Assembly: GCA_013265495.1 (NCBI GenBank)
Contig: MU058667.1
Coordinates: 186,001 to 250,000, forward strand
Direction: 5' to 3'
DNA: 64,000 nucleotides
From: Vicugna vicugna
Lineage: Eukaryota
Below, one piece after another: positions 13,786 to 25,860 of the stretch (positions are counted from its first letter, which is position 1; every line of letters begins with the position of its first letter). The notes under the pieces were generated by a model. It had not been told where the DNA came from. It made no database searches and saw only the letters and a program-made list of their open reading frames with translations. A program made the translations under genes and the position numbers.

Positions 13786-15619
13786 TTTTATTGTTATTTT
13801 TGTCATTGTTGTGACTGTGATTTTGACCATGTCTGTGAAAATCTTCACAGCATGAAAACCCTTATCAAAGGTGTACCATAAAGGCAGCGAGGTTCCTTAG
13901 GTTTGGAACAAAGTCTTCGCACTTTAATCTGATCTTGTAGAATCTTGATACAGAGCTCAACTAAATGAGGTATCTAAAAAAATTTAATTCCCTTTCTCCT
14001 TTCTTTCCCTATAAGGTGGTGATTAGGTGAAGTAGCGATTAGAGGAAGAACAGTTGATGTTCTGTTTTATATGCTTTTAGTAGGTTTGAATTAGAAATGA
14101 AAATATAGTCATTGACAATACTGTTTGGCAAATTATATTTACCGTCCTTCCTCCAGGGAGCTCAAAACGTCTTAAAGATTTAACTAGACATTTTATAGAC
14201 ACTACTTTAATTATCTCTCTTTTCCTGAGGTGAAACGTGGAAAGTGTAAGAGTTGAGAATATTTGTCATATCTAAGGGATTTGGAAGTGCTAAAATGTTT
14301 TCACTCTTAGGGAAATTGTTTCTCTTATGCTATGGATATTATAAAAAAAAATCTTAAAAGTAATTTGTCCTGAAATTATCAGATAAATAAGATAAAGATT
14401 TTCTGCTTGTATGCAAAACAAACAAACAAACAAACGAGGAAAACCTGAACTTTTGTACGACATCAAAGTCTGATTATAGACTAATCAGAGACATTATTCT
14501 TAGGTATCTGAAATACAGATTGCAATACAGAGAAGATGTCACCTGGCAACAAGTTGTCTACTAAAAAGAGAAAGAAACCATTCAAGCACGTCCTTAATGA
14601 TGGGCTGGGTACAGTCCTTTGTCCTTTCCTCCTTTCTCTCAAATTTAATGAAGTGGTAGCAAACATTTGCAGAAAGGGAGATGTCTTTAAGAGTGTTGGA
14701 AGAGACTAGAGATTTTAATGAATTTCTGGAAATTGGAATTCTAATTCTAATAACTAAAATCTATTATAACTGAAAATCCAGGGAGGAGTAGACCACAGTC
14801 TGGCACTCACAGGTGCATGCTGCTGGGGAGGCTGGGACCATTCTCCGTGGTGGAACTCTGGAGAGACCTCAAACCGGGAGCATGAATAAGAGCAGAAATC
14901 AGCAGGAGTGTATCTGGAAAAGTGGAGTCATTTCCCATAAGTAGTGGGATGGAGTCAGGGTAACTTTGTCCAAGAGTAAAATTTATTAAGGGATTTTGAG
15001 CACCTGGGTAGCCTCTCATTCTTGACTTTCTTACCTGCTCAATATTTATTCTGTTCAAGTGACGTCTACCAATCGGTATTCCTAGTTACGTATATATTTC
15101 ACAGTTGGCTTCCTATTCAGAGGAAAAGAGTGTTGGACAAACCACCCCTTAAGTGCAGTGGCCACTTCTGATGTGTATGTGTTTGTGTATCTTCCTAGTT
15201 TTTCATTCATAAACATGAATATACAACCAAGTTTCACCAGACATTTTAAGAAAATGAACGACATGAATAGCTCATCTTGAATAAACAATTGATTTTGGAG
15301 AAAACGGAGTTTAGGAATAAGAGCAAATCTGGGGAAAAAAAAAGAATTCCTTCAGAGAATTTTGAGAAAATATAGCAATCAAAAAACAAGAATGGATTTT
15401 TTGGTAAAAGAAGCAGTTAGAGAAATAAATTATTCTGAGAAGTAAAAAGTGTGATTGATTTAGAAAGACCCATAAAAATGAAAGGCTGAAAGATTAAGCT
15501 GAGGTTGTTATGCAGAAAATAGAGTAAAAGCTGTAGATGGAAAACACTGAAAGATACACTAATAGATACGGTAGACTGTGATTAATTAGGAGTTCAAGAA
15601 AGAGAAAATAGGAGAGTGG

Positions 15620-18420
15620 CAGGTAGGGCTCTCTAAGGGCATAAAAGGAACACAGGTCCTGTTCACCATGTCCTGGACCCCATCAGGAAGCCTGCCTTGG
15701 AGTTGCTGGCGATGCTTTGCCTGCAGATTTCCCAGTTGACCCATGGACAGCCTCAGCGTGCTGTGCCCCTCACCCACACATCCCCCCACCCTGTAGTTGG
15801 CTCCTGGTGTATGCTCCTGATGGTGGTGAGAATGACCCTTTGCAGATGGCTGGTAAGCATGTGCAGAAAGCTGGCCTGACTCTGTGGGCCTGGGGGAAAC
15901 CATAAACTTGAGCATTCAGCACAACCCTAAGGGAAAACATGAAGGAAGTTGGCTCTGTAGGAGTGAGAGAAGGCATACACGCTTAAGAATTCTTCCATAA
16001 GAAGGAACAAAAAGACTAGAGCAGGCATACCCATAGAAGGGTTCTGTGAAAGCCTTGGAATTCCTAGCAGGGCTGAGAGAAGGTTTTTCTCTCCTGAAGC
16101 AAGTCAGTAAGGAATGGAGAAGGTGGCTGCTTTTTCAGTTGTGAAGTCAATAATATAAACTTTAAGGAGCGTGAAAAATCAAGGAAAAATGACACCACCA
16201 AAGGAACACAGTTTTCCAGTAACCAACCTGAAGAAATGAAGATTTACAACATGCCAGATAAAGACTTCAAAATAACTGTTTTAAGAGAGCTCAGTGAGCT
16301 AATAAGAAAACATAGAAAGACAGTTCAGTGAAATCAGGAAAACCACATATGGTCAAAATGAGAGATGTAACAGAGAGGAATCATAAAAAGAACCGAATTC
16401 TGGAGTTGAAGAGTCAGTGAATGAAATGAAAATTGCAGTAGAAATCGTTAGTGTTGGACTGGATTAAGCTGAAGGAAGAATCTGTGAAGTAGAAGATAGG
16501 ACCTTTTGAAATTATCAAGTTAGAGGAAACCAAAGAAAAATGAGTAAAAAAGAGTAAAGAAAATCACAAAGTGACAAGTGGGGTAATGTTAAAAGAAATA
16601 ATTATGTATTATTGAACTGTCAGAAGGAGAAAAGAAAAAGCAGAAAGCTTATTTAAAGAAAAAATGGCTGAGAACTTCCTAAATCTGGGTAGAGATTTAG
16701 GAATCCAAGTTCATGAAGCTAATAGGTCCCCAAACAAATGTAACTTAAAGAGATCATCTCTGAGACACATGATAATAAAACTGTTGAAAATTAAAGATAC
16801 AAAGAGCATTTTAAAAACAAGAGAAAAAAATCCTACACTTGAAGAAAACCCCATAAGGCTATCAAAAATTTCTTAGCAGAAACCTGGCAAGCCAGGTGAC
16901 AGGTGACAGTGGGATGATATATTTAAAGTGTTGAAAAAAAAAAAAAAACCCCAAAAAAACCCTACCAACTAAGAATACTTTACTTGGCACTTGTCCTTCA
17001 GAAAGGAAGGTAAGATAAAGAATTTCCAAAGCAAACACAACTTGAGAGTTAATCACCACTAGACCTATCTTACATGAAATGCAGAAAGGAATTCTTCAAG
17101 CTGAGAAGAAAGACACTGATTAGTAACATGAAAACATAGGAAAATAAACAACCAAGTGGTAAAGCATAGGGAAAAAGCTCCTTGACATTGGTCCTCACAA
17201 TGATTTTTTTGGATGTGACACCCAAAGCTAAAACAACAGAAGCAAAAATAAACAAGTGGGGCTACACTAAAGTAAAAAGCTTTTGTACAGCTACAGAAAC
17301 AATAAAATCAAAAGGCAACCAAGCTATGGGAGAAAACATTTGCAAACTATCCATCTGATGATAAGGGGTTTATATCTAGAATATGTAAGGAACTTATGCA
17401 ACCTAATGGCAAAAGGAAAAAAAAAAGCTGATTAAAAATGGACAGAGGACTCGAGTGGACATTTTTCTGAGGAAGATATGCAAATGACCAGCAAGTACAT
17501 GAAATGATGCTCAGCATCTCTAATCACCACAGAAGTGCACGTTCAAATCACAATTAGATATCACCTCATACCTTTTAGAATTGCCGTTATCAAAAAAAGA
17601 TCAGAGACAACAAATGTTCATGATGATGTGGAGAAAAGGGAACCCTCGTACACTGTTGGTGAGGATGAAAATTGGTACCGGAGCTATGAAAACCAGTATG
17701 ATTATTCCTCAGAGAATTAGAGGTAGAATTGCTCTGTGATCTAGCAATTGCAATTTGGGGTATATAGCTGAAGGAAAGGAAATCGCTGTCTTAAAAGAGA
17801 TAACTGCATTCCCATGTTCATTGCAGAATTATTGACAGTAACGAGACATTTAAAGAACCTATTTGTCTCTGAGTGAATGAATGGATAAAAAATGTGATAT
17901 GTGTATATGTATGTATGTATGTATATATATTATTCAGCCATAAAAGAGAAGGAAAAATGCCATTTGGAACAACTAGGTTGGATATTGAGGGCATTATGCT
18001 AAGTGAAATAAGTGAGATAGAGAAAGGAATTCTGTTTGATCTCACTTACATGTAGAATTTGAAAAAACAAACAGAAAGAGAGTAGAATGGTAGTTGCCGT
18101 GGGCTGGAGCTGTGAGGAGATGGGAAGATGATGGTCAATGGATACAAACTTCCAGTTCTAAGATAAATAAGTTCTGAGGATTTAACAGATAGCAATGTGA
18201 CTATAGTTAACGATACTGCATTATATACTTTTAAAGTTGCTGAGATAGTAAATATTAAGTGTTCTCTTTTAAAGGTAATTACGTTGGATGATTGCAGTAT
18301 TAATTGACCTTATTGCAATCATTTTGCAAGATATATCTGTATGAAATTATCACATCACATTGTATGCCTTAAACTTATACGAGTTTCAAGTGTATCTCAA
18401 TTATGTGTCAATGAAACTGG
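15620..18420 (+). mobile_element. Old L1 (L1MA-like): 5' region and ORF1 joined to ORF2 C-terminus and 3'UTR
   Basis: ORF1 remnant MAENFLNLGRDLGIQVHEANRSPNK (16664-); ORF2 C-terminal remnants ([25 protein letters not shown]); 3'UTR ending near tatacgagtttcaagtgtatctcaa. Confidence 0.85.
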
Positions 18421-18577
18421 ACATATATAAATAAATATATAAGCATATTATACAGATTTATGGTGATAACCCAGCTGAATGACTAAAATCATAAATAGAT
18501 GAATTGTGGGTTGCCAGTTGAACTCAGAGTTGAAATATTCACTTTCATTTTATATCATCTGACTTTGTTTTTTCCTT

Positions 18578-18592
18578 TACTACTACTACTAC

Positions 18593-18635
<43 letters not shown>
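18578..18635 (+). repeat. Compound microsatellite (TAC)n(TAT)n
   Basis: tactactactactac followed by ~14 tat units. Confidence 0.95.
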
Positions 18636-19784
18636 TTATTCAGGGGCAGTTATGAGTTGGGAGTTCTCATTATCAAGATCACTATTGTTGGGATGTATAG
18701 AATAGCCAGAATTAGTATAACAAAATACTCACAAATCCCTACTCAAACCAGTCTTTTAGGTTAACATTGTCATTGTCCTTGTCAGTCTCTAGATGATGTC
18801 CTATGTTGCAGACATTTGACAATTCAGTGCAAGTTCAATACAAATGATTGCAAAATGAAATTGCAGGTCTTGTAAAAGATAAAGCATATCATGAAGCCCC
18901 TAAAAATTAATATTTACAAAAAATTAAATCACTGAGAAATGTGGACCTAGCAGTTAACAGCTGAAGAAACTTTTTGAAATTTAGCTTTATTTTTCAAGTT
19001 AAACCATTTCCTCACTATTTACTTTAAAATTTTAGTCTTTATTATAATTTGACCAAATTTCTTTTTGTGGTTTTTTTTTTTTTTTGGTTTTAATTATTCT
19101 TAAATAATGAGAGCCTTCTAAAGTTCTTAAATTTTTTTTTTATTTAACTAAGGAATAAAAGTGCTTAGACTATGACTTAGGAGCCCAAGTACAGAAAATA
19201 AAATCAACATTGTTCTGTCAGTCAGTATATTAGACTTAGTCCACAGGGTTGAGATTGCTTTGTAAAGTTTCCTGAATGAAGTTCATTTTATTGGTAGTAA
19301 AGTAGGGCTTTCTCTAAGCTACTCGTTGAGCTGTATATGTTGGACTCATAGACTACAATATAACACAAGCTATTCTTGTATGTGTTACAAATTACTGTGA
19401 GCAAGAAGGGCAAAAGAGACACATACTTATGCTGATTGCAAACTGAGGGACATACCTGTATGTTAACTATACAGATTAGGCAACCAAAGATGCAGTACTT
19501 GTAATGGCGTGTTACTTTTACAACAGGACTTTGGCAAACTAGCTGGGTGTGCAAATAGCTAGAAAAATTGAAGTCTAGAATAGACCACCTGTCATATTCC
19601 AGTATATTCACACATAATCATCTTTGAACTCAAACAGAAGCTGGATCTACGAAGACGTTTGGAAGATTGTTGAGTGTTGAGCTTGATAAGAGAAGCCCTG
19701 GAAGTTAATTTGTCAAAAACAAGGACTGATTAAGTACTTAATGATATAATTTATATTGTAATTTAAAAAATATATGAAAGATGA

Positions 19785-19895
19785 GGGGAGGGTATAGCTT
19801 GGTGGTAGAGTGTGTGCTTAGCATGCACGAGGTCCTGGGTTCAATCTTCAGTACCTCCATTAAATAATTAAACCTAATCACCCCCAAAATAAATG
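19785..19895 (+). mobile_element. tRNA-derived SINE, camelid Vic-1-like
   Basis: ggggagggtatagcttggtggtagag (A box) ... gaggtcctgggttcaatc (B box) ... cagtacctcc, then AT-rich tail with aaacctaatcacc. Closely similar to the copy at 44074. Confidence 0.85.
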
Positions 19896-21829
19896 TAATG
19901 ATTTAATTAATCAATTAGAAAACAGATGCAGAATTTGGAGAAAAAGTATTAAAGAAATTTGTTTATTTTTAAGAAAACTTTGTAAGCCAGATCTTAAAGA
20001 ATATTTCTATATTGTCCATTATTCTTTTAAAAAATTCATTAATAATGCTCAAGGCCTGTGATATTTTATTAATACCTTCTTAGTCATTTATTAATAAATT
20101 AATTTGCCTAAATTCTAGACCATTTTAGCTTGTAGATTTTGTTCTCTACATTGGAAATGTCTTTAGTAACTTTATTCTTTGAAGATTTCTGTCTCTGTAT
20201 TTCAAGTTGAACGTTTTTTAAGGTAAAGTGATTTTATTCATCTTGAGAGCTGTGGTTTATCCCTACCCTACCTCATGCCAGCCTCTCTTTTTTTTAGTAA
20301 ACACTTTTAAAGTCACCTTCACTTTTATTCTTATGAAACTGAACTATATTTACATTGAGTTTACTACCTGTGAGGTCTGTAAATTGTGTAAGCTTAGCTG
20401 GCATTGACTTTTCTATCAGTTTTTTACATCTAGCTGATATTAGGTAGGTAGTTGAATTTAGAAATATTCACTCTTAAATAGAATATTCATGATTCAGCTT
20501 TCTTTGGGAGTACTGTTTATAAGAGAAGTTTTCTTAGAACTTCAAGATTTTCCTTTCTAAAGCAAAAGGAAATTTTATGCACAGCAACTTTAGTTTAATG
20601 TCACAAGTGAAAATGAAAAAGAGCAAAGCCTGTAATACTTGAACTAATTATTGGGCTGGTCATTTTTGAATCTCAATCTAGGAAGATCTTTGGGAACCCT
20701 GTAGCATAATCTTACAATTCACTAACCATTAAATTAATTATGTAGAATTTGACTTATTTATATATCAGCAAAATAAGTAAAATTAAAATATCAATCTATT
20801 GTTTACTTTTCATTTTTGTAAGAATACAGATTAAAGGTAATTTTACTTTAGCAAATCTGAAGATTAAAAATAGATCTATAAAATTACTTGTTTTTTTCTC
20901 TTGAAAAATTAATTAAGATTCATTCTGTTTTAAGATTAATCAATGAAGATTCATATTGTTTATAATTTTCATCTCCCACCAATTACATATATTTGAGTAT
21001 ATGGTAGTAGCTGTTAATTGGTGTACTACAGCTTTGTGTATTGACATAGTTTGCGATGTAAAATTCCACATTTTCTACTTCTAGAATTGCCAGAATTCAT
21101 CTGGATAATTGTGAGCCTTTGTAAACATACTTTTATTATGCTTAAAGTCAGAAAACAGTGACATTGGAAGCCTGTGCTTTTCTAACATATGGCTTCAATT
21201 TGCATTTTAATCAGAATATGGAAGTCATTACTCTGACATCTGAAACTGAGGTAGTAATAAAAAATTATCACTAACAGGACAGCAGACACAATTTATTTTG
21301 TGTTTATTACTGGGTGGCCGTCTTGAAACTTTCCTGAACTTAATTGATTCCAGATATTAGAAAATTACAATTAAATTATGACATTTATTTTGGATATATT
21401 TAAGTTGAACTGTCTTAATAGGATTGGTATAAATTATGATAATATCTATTAAGATTTATATCATGTTCAAACACTATATATATGTGTATATATATGTATA
21501 TATAAATGTATGGAGAAAGGGTCATTTGAATATGTGTATGGCTTTATTATTGTTAACATCCCTGAAATGGGAATGTTGGTGAAAAAATTAGATTTTATTC
21601 TAAATATTTTGAGTCTTATGGTGGGGATATTTTATTGCTACAATAATTTGTGACAGGAGATGAAATTTCACTATACATTTTATTTAAAACGTGCAATCAT
21701 AATTGTTTAAAGACCTGTTCAATAAATTATTAAAACAAGGTAACTTGTAATGAAAAAAAGCCTTAATATACACTGTTATGAATTAGAACTTTTTTGTTAT
21801 CTTATGTTTCCAAAATAATTTTAATTTAT

Positions 21830-22400
21830 ATAATCAGCAAATATATTTTGATTTCTCATGTGCTCCATACATTGAGCTAAGTGTCAGGGGAAACAATAAT
21901 GAATAAAGCATGGCTTTTGTCCTTGAGAAACTCAAGGTTTAATAAAGTGTAAGTACGAGCAAGTAGAAACATTACAGTATGATACGTTGCATATTGTCTT
22001 AGTAGTGTGGAGGAAAGGACCATTTGCTGGGAAATATAAGGAAAAGTTTTACTGAGGAGACTGCATTTGAAGGATGAGTAAAGAGTTTTCCAGACAGGTA
22101 AACAAGGCAAAGGTAGTTCTCAGCAGAGAGGGAGCATTACGGACAAAAAATGTGGAGTCCTGAGTCCTGGCATATTTAGTCATCCTTGTCAATTTATTCA
22201 TCCTGTTTTTAACTTACATTTATTGTACCAGTTATTGTGTGGCATGCTCAGTATATCATAGTGAACCTGACAGACATGCTTCTATCGTAAAATTCAGTTT
22301 AGTGTGGAGGAATAAACAAGTAATGAAAATCATAATGGGTGTTACAAAAAGGGAAGCCTAGGGTGTTATAGGTGTATGTAACTAAGTTAAATATAGGAGA
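21830..22400 (-). mobile_element. LINE-2 fragments
   Basis: aatcagcaaatatattttg...aatgaataaagcatggcttttgtccttgagaaactcaagg; second 3' fragment near 22195. Confidence 0.5.
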
Positions 22401-22925
22401 AGCTTCTGGAATATTGAGGAGTGGTATGAAATGGGACTGGATGGGGGCTGGGTCTTATTGTGAACGGTATTATATACTGAATGTAGGAATTTAAATAATA
22501 TCTTATTAAAAAATTAACTACAAAAGTTCCATAGTATGATCAAACTTTGTATTTTAGGGCAATCATTCTGAAAGTACTCTTAAGGATGGATTATAGTAAA
22601 GATAGATTTATAACATGGCCATTTGGGAGATTTTTGTAATGTTTAGTCAATAAAAAGTTTTAATTGATTAGCAGTGGCATTTAGACTGCAAAGAGAAGTC
22701 TAGGATGTATTAACCTATGTCTGATTTTTTAAATCACTTTCTCAGTTCTATCTGACACTGTTTTCGGGAGACCTCTATTAGTTGGTTTCTGCCTATCTGA
22801 AGTGGTACATAATAAAGCAAATTAGTAGTCTTATTCCACATCCTTCCACTGTGCCCAGCTTCTTCATAACAATTACTAATGTCATCTAACTTATTTCACA
22901 AAGTGAGACATGTCAGACTATTCTT

Positions 22926-23292
22926 TTTTTAAGTTTATATGTTTATTTATATTTATTTAATTTAAAAAGTTGAGGTATAGGTGATTTACAATATTAGTTT
23001 CAAGTGTACAACATAATCAAAATTTTTATAGCTTATACTGATTTAAAGTTATTATGAAATACTATATTCCTGTGCTGTACATCATACCCTTATAACTTAT
23101 TTACTCTGTACATGGTGGTTTAACTCCTAACCTCTACCCTTGCCTTGCCCCTCCCCTCTTTCCTCTACTCACTGGTAACCACTAGTTTGTTCTCTGTGAA
23201 TGTATTTCTATTTTGATATATTCTTTCATTTGTTTTATTTTTTAGATTCTACATATAAGTGAGAACATACAGTATTTGTTTTTCTCTGTCTG
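22926..23292 (-). mobile_element. Short L1 3'-end insertion with TSD
   Basis: gttgaggtataggtgatttacaatattagtttcaagtgtacaacat...ctggtaaccactagtttgttctctg...tagattctacatataagtgagaacatacagtatttg; TSD TGTCAGACT(A/G)TTCTT at 22911-22925 and 23293-23307. Confidence 0.88.
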
Positions 23293-23502
23293 TGTCAGAC
23301 TGTTCTTGACTAGCATCTTTTTCCAAATCCTGATTTATTTTAAAACTTGACACCATATTTCTCATGATAAAAATCCCTTGGTCTTATGTTTGTTTGTTCC
23401 TTTAGGTTTTTAATGTCTGTAGCTACTGCTTGGTCCTGCCTTACTGGTAGAGATTGGTTTTAGAGCTCTACCATTCATATCTTAGGCATTAATGCTCAAG
23501 GT

Positions 23503-24265
23503 CAGGGGTAGTCAGACTCTATATAGAGCCAGATAGTAACTGTTTCCAGCTTTGAGGGCCATGTGGTCTCTGTGGTAACTGTTCAGCTTTGCCCTCGTAG
23601 GGCAAAAGCAGCCATAGAAAATATGTAAACAACTGGGTGTGGCTGTGCACAGTAAAACTTTATTTATGAACAGTGAAAGTTGAATTTTATACCATTTTCA
23701 CATGTTGGGAAATGCTATTCTTCTGATTAAAAAGAGCACCTCTGTATTAGTTTCCTGGGGCTACCAAAACAAATGACTATAAACTGAGTGGCTTAAGATC
23801 ACAGAAATGTATTTTCACACAGTTCTGAAGTCTGGAAACCTGAAATTAAGGTGTCAGCAGAGCCATGCTCCCTCTGAAGTCTCTAGGGAAGAGTCTTTCC
23901 TTACCTCTTCTGGCTTCAGGTGGCTCCTGGTGGTCCTTGACATTCCTTGGCTTTTAGCTGCAGTGTTTCAATCTCTGCTTCCATTGTGTCATGGCCTTCT
24001 TAGGCCAATAAATACCGTTATTGGACTTAGAGCTCACCCTCCCCAATATGACTTCACCTTGGTTACATCTGCAAAGGCCCTGTCTCAAAATAAGGTCACA
24101 TCTACAGGTACCAGGGTTATGATTTCAACATATTTTGGGGGAGAGGGGTGGACAATATTCAACATGCAGCTTTATTTAAAAATACGAAACCCATTCTTAG
24201 CTTGTGGGCCATACACAACAAATAATAGGGTGGATTTGGCCCATGGCTGTATTTGCTAACCCCTG
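23503..24265. mobile_element. MER58-like hAT DNA transposon split by an LTR
   Basis: Termini cagggg (23503) ... cccctg (24265). Internal gagggccatgtggtctctgtggtaactg...gcagccatagaaaatatgtaaac, resuming after 24170 with ccattcttagcttgtgggccatac. Confidence 0.75.
23743..24168 (-). mobile_element. MLT1-type (ERVL-MaLR) solo LTR
   Basis: tgtattagtttcctggggct...aaactgagtggctta...cagaaatgtattttcacacagttctgaagtctggaa...aaataaggtcacat...ttcaacatattttggggg. Confidence 0.8.
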
Positions 24266-24689
24266 TCCTAGCCAGAGTATGTTTTTCATTTATTCTCTGA
24301 TTAAACATCTTATTCTTACTGAAAAACATGGTGAGAATTAACATTGAGCTCTTACTATCTTCCAGACATTTGGCTGAGTGTTTTGACATCTTTTATCTTG
24401 TTTCATCTTCAGACAACCCTGTGAAGCAGATGGTATGACTGTCATCAGTAGCTTAGGAAGCAGACGGAGAACATTAAATTGCTTCTTGAAGTTCACATCA
24501 CATAGGGAGCAAATAGTGAGTCTAGAATTTGAATCTGTATCTGAGAGTGAGTGACATTAATGTTTTTCTCTTCCTACTTTATCACTATAGTTTTTATGTA
24601 TGTAGTAACTGCACATTACTTGGAATAGAGCCATAATCCTTAATCTCTGTTTTAGCTATTCATTAGGATGATTGCATATTTCAAGTATT

Positions 24690-25000
24690 TCACAGTTGCT
24701 TTGGTTTTATATGACAGAAACCCAATTTGGCTAATTTAAGACAAAAGTAGGGATTAAGGGAAGGACATTGAGACGGCTCACAGAATCAAAGGTAGTACTA
24801 AATAATCAAGTCTCAGGAAAGACTGGAACTAGAGCAGCTGTGGGGAACTCAGTGGTAGCCCCCCCTTTTCAATAGGATGCTTTGTTTAAGTGGCTTGACT
24901 CCAACATCTCCATGCCACCCCCTACCCCTTGCCTTTACCCTAATCTGATAGGCCTACTTTGAGTGTAGGATATCTGATCCCAGGTCAAACGGCTATAGAA
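24690..25000. mobile_element. Degenerate MLT1J/K-like LTR fragment
   Basis: tgacagaaacccaatttggctaatttaagacaaaa...gctcacagaatc. Confidence 0.4.
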
Positions 25001-25309
25001 GTGTTAGGGAACAGCAAAGGAGGAGGCATAGCCCAAATGTGACCTCTGGAGTATTCTTCATGAATTAAATAGCATCCTGAAATTTGTCAAGGACATCTGT
25101 TATAATTTACACATTCATGGCATTTCTTTGTGGTAGAAAGGGTCAAATGGAATCATCCCCATTTAATACTTGGTATGTGTCATTGTTATTTCCTGGTCTT
25201 GTACCTAAGACAGTGGCAAATCTGAACTCAGAAGTCTTTCCTCTAGAGTAGGTTACATTCTCCTCTGTTCTCCCATGGCCCTTAGTTTAGATTCTGTAGT
25301 AAAGCAGTG

Positions 25310-25405
25310 TCCCTTCCTTGCCCACCTTCTCCCCTCCTCCCTTCTTTTCTCCCCTCTCCTCCCTTCTTTTCTCTTCCTTCTCTCCCACTTCCACTTCTCT
25401 TCTCT
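25310..25405 (+). repeat. Polypyrimidine (CT-rich) low-complexity tract
   Basis: ttctcccctcctcccttcttttct near-duplicated. Confidence 0.8.
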
Positions 25406-25479
25406 GGCATTACACTGGTAAGCTCTTCCAGGGAAGAGATTTTATTTTAGTCATATCTGTATTCTAATGAGCCAGATGT

Positions 25480-25860
25480 TGAGAAGATCTTGTGAAAGAG
25501 TGTTCAGGGAGAGTGAACAGTAAGTAAATTAAACCCTTAGATGGAGCAAGCTTGGTACATTTGCTTTGCAGCCAAGAAGACTGTCATGGGTGGACAGAAT
25601 GGAAGAAAATGAGATTGGAAAAATAGGCAAAAGACAGTTCGTCTTTAGGACATTGTCGCCATAGTAAGGAGTTTAGATTTTATTTTGTATTTAATAGAAA
25701 ACCATTGGAGACTTTTAAACAAAGAATGATATGAATGATTTGCCTTTTCAAACGGTTACTCTAGCTGATTAGGCAAGGTATAATTATAGGGGAGATGGGC
25801 AGCAGTATTGGAAGCCTTGGGGCCAGTTCTCAGGCTGTTGTAGATTACAGGCTCTCCAGA
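25480..25860 (-). mobile_element. LINE-2 internal fragment
   Basis: gccatagtaaggagtttagattttattttg...gaaaaccattggagacttttaaacaaagaatgatatg. Confidence 0.55.

Noticed and set aside
18499..18705. Poly-Leu ORF resembling a signal peptide or TM helix
   Set aside because: It is a translation of the (TAC)n(TAT)n microsatellite.
19300..19720. Faint resemblance to a decayed mariner transposase C-terminus
   Set aside because: Only a few residues are suggestive, with stops and frameshifts and no TIRs found. An nhmmer/Dfam search would be needed.
19785..19858. Possible tRNA genes (also 44074-44148)
   Set aside because: A/B boxes are present, but both copies continue into a shared non-tRNA AT-rich tail, and one has a TSD. 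They are SINEs, not tRNA genes.
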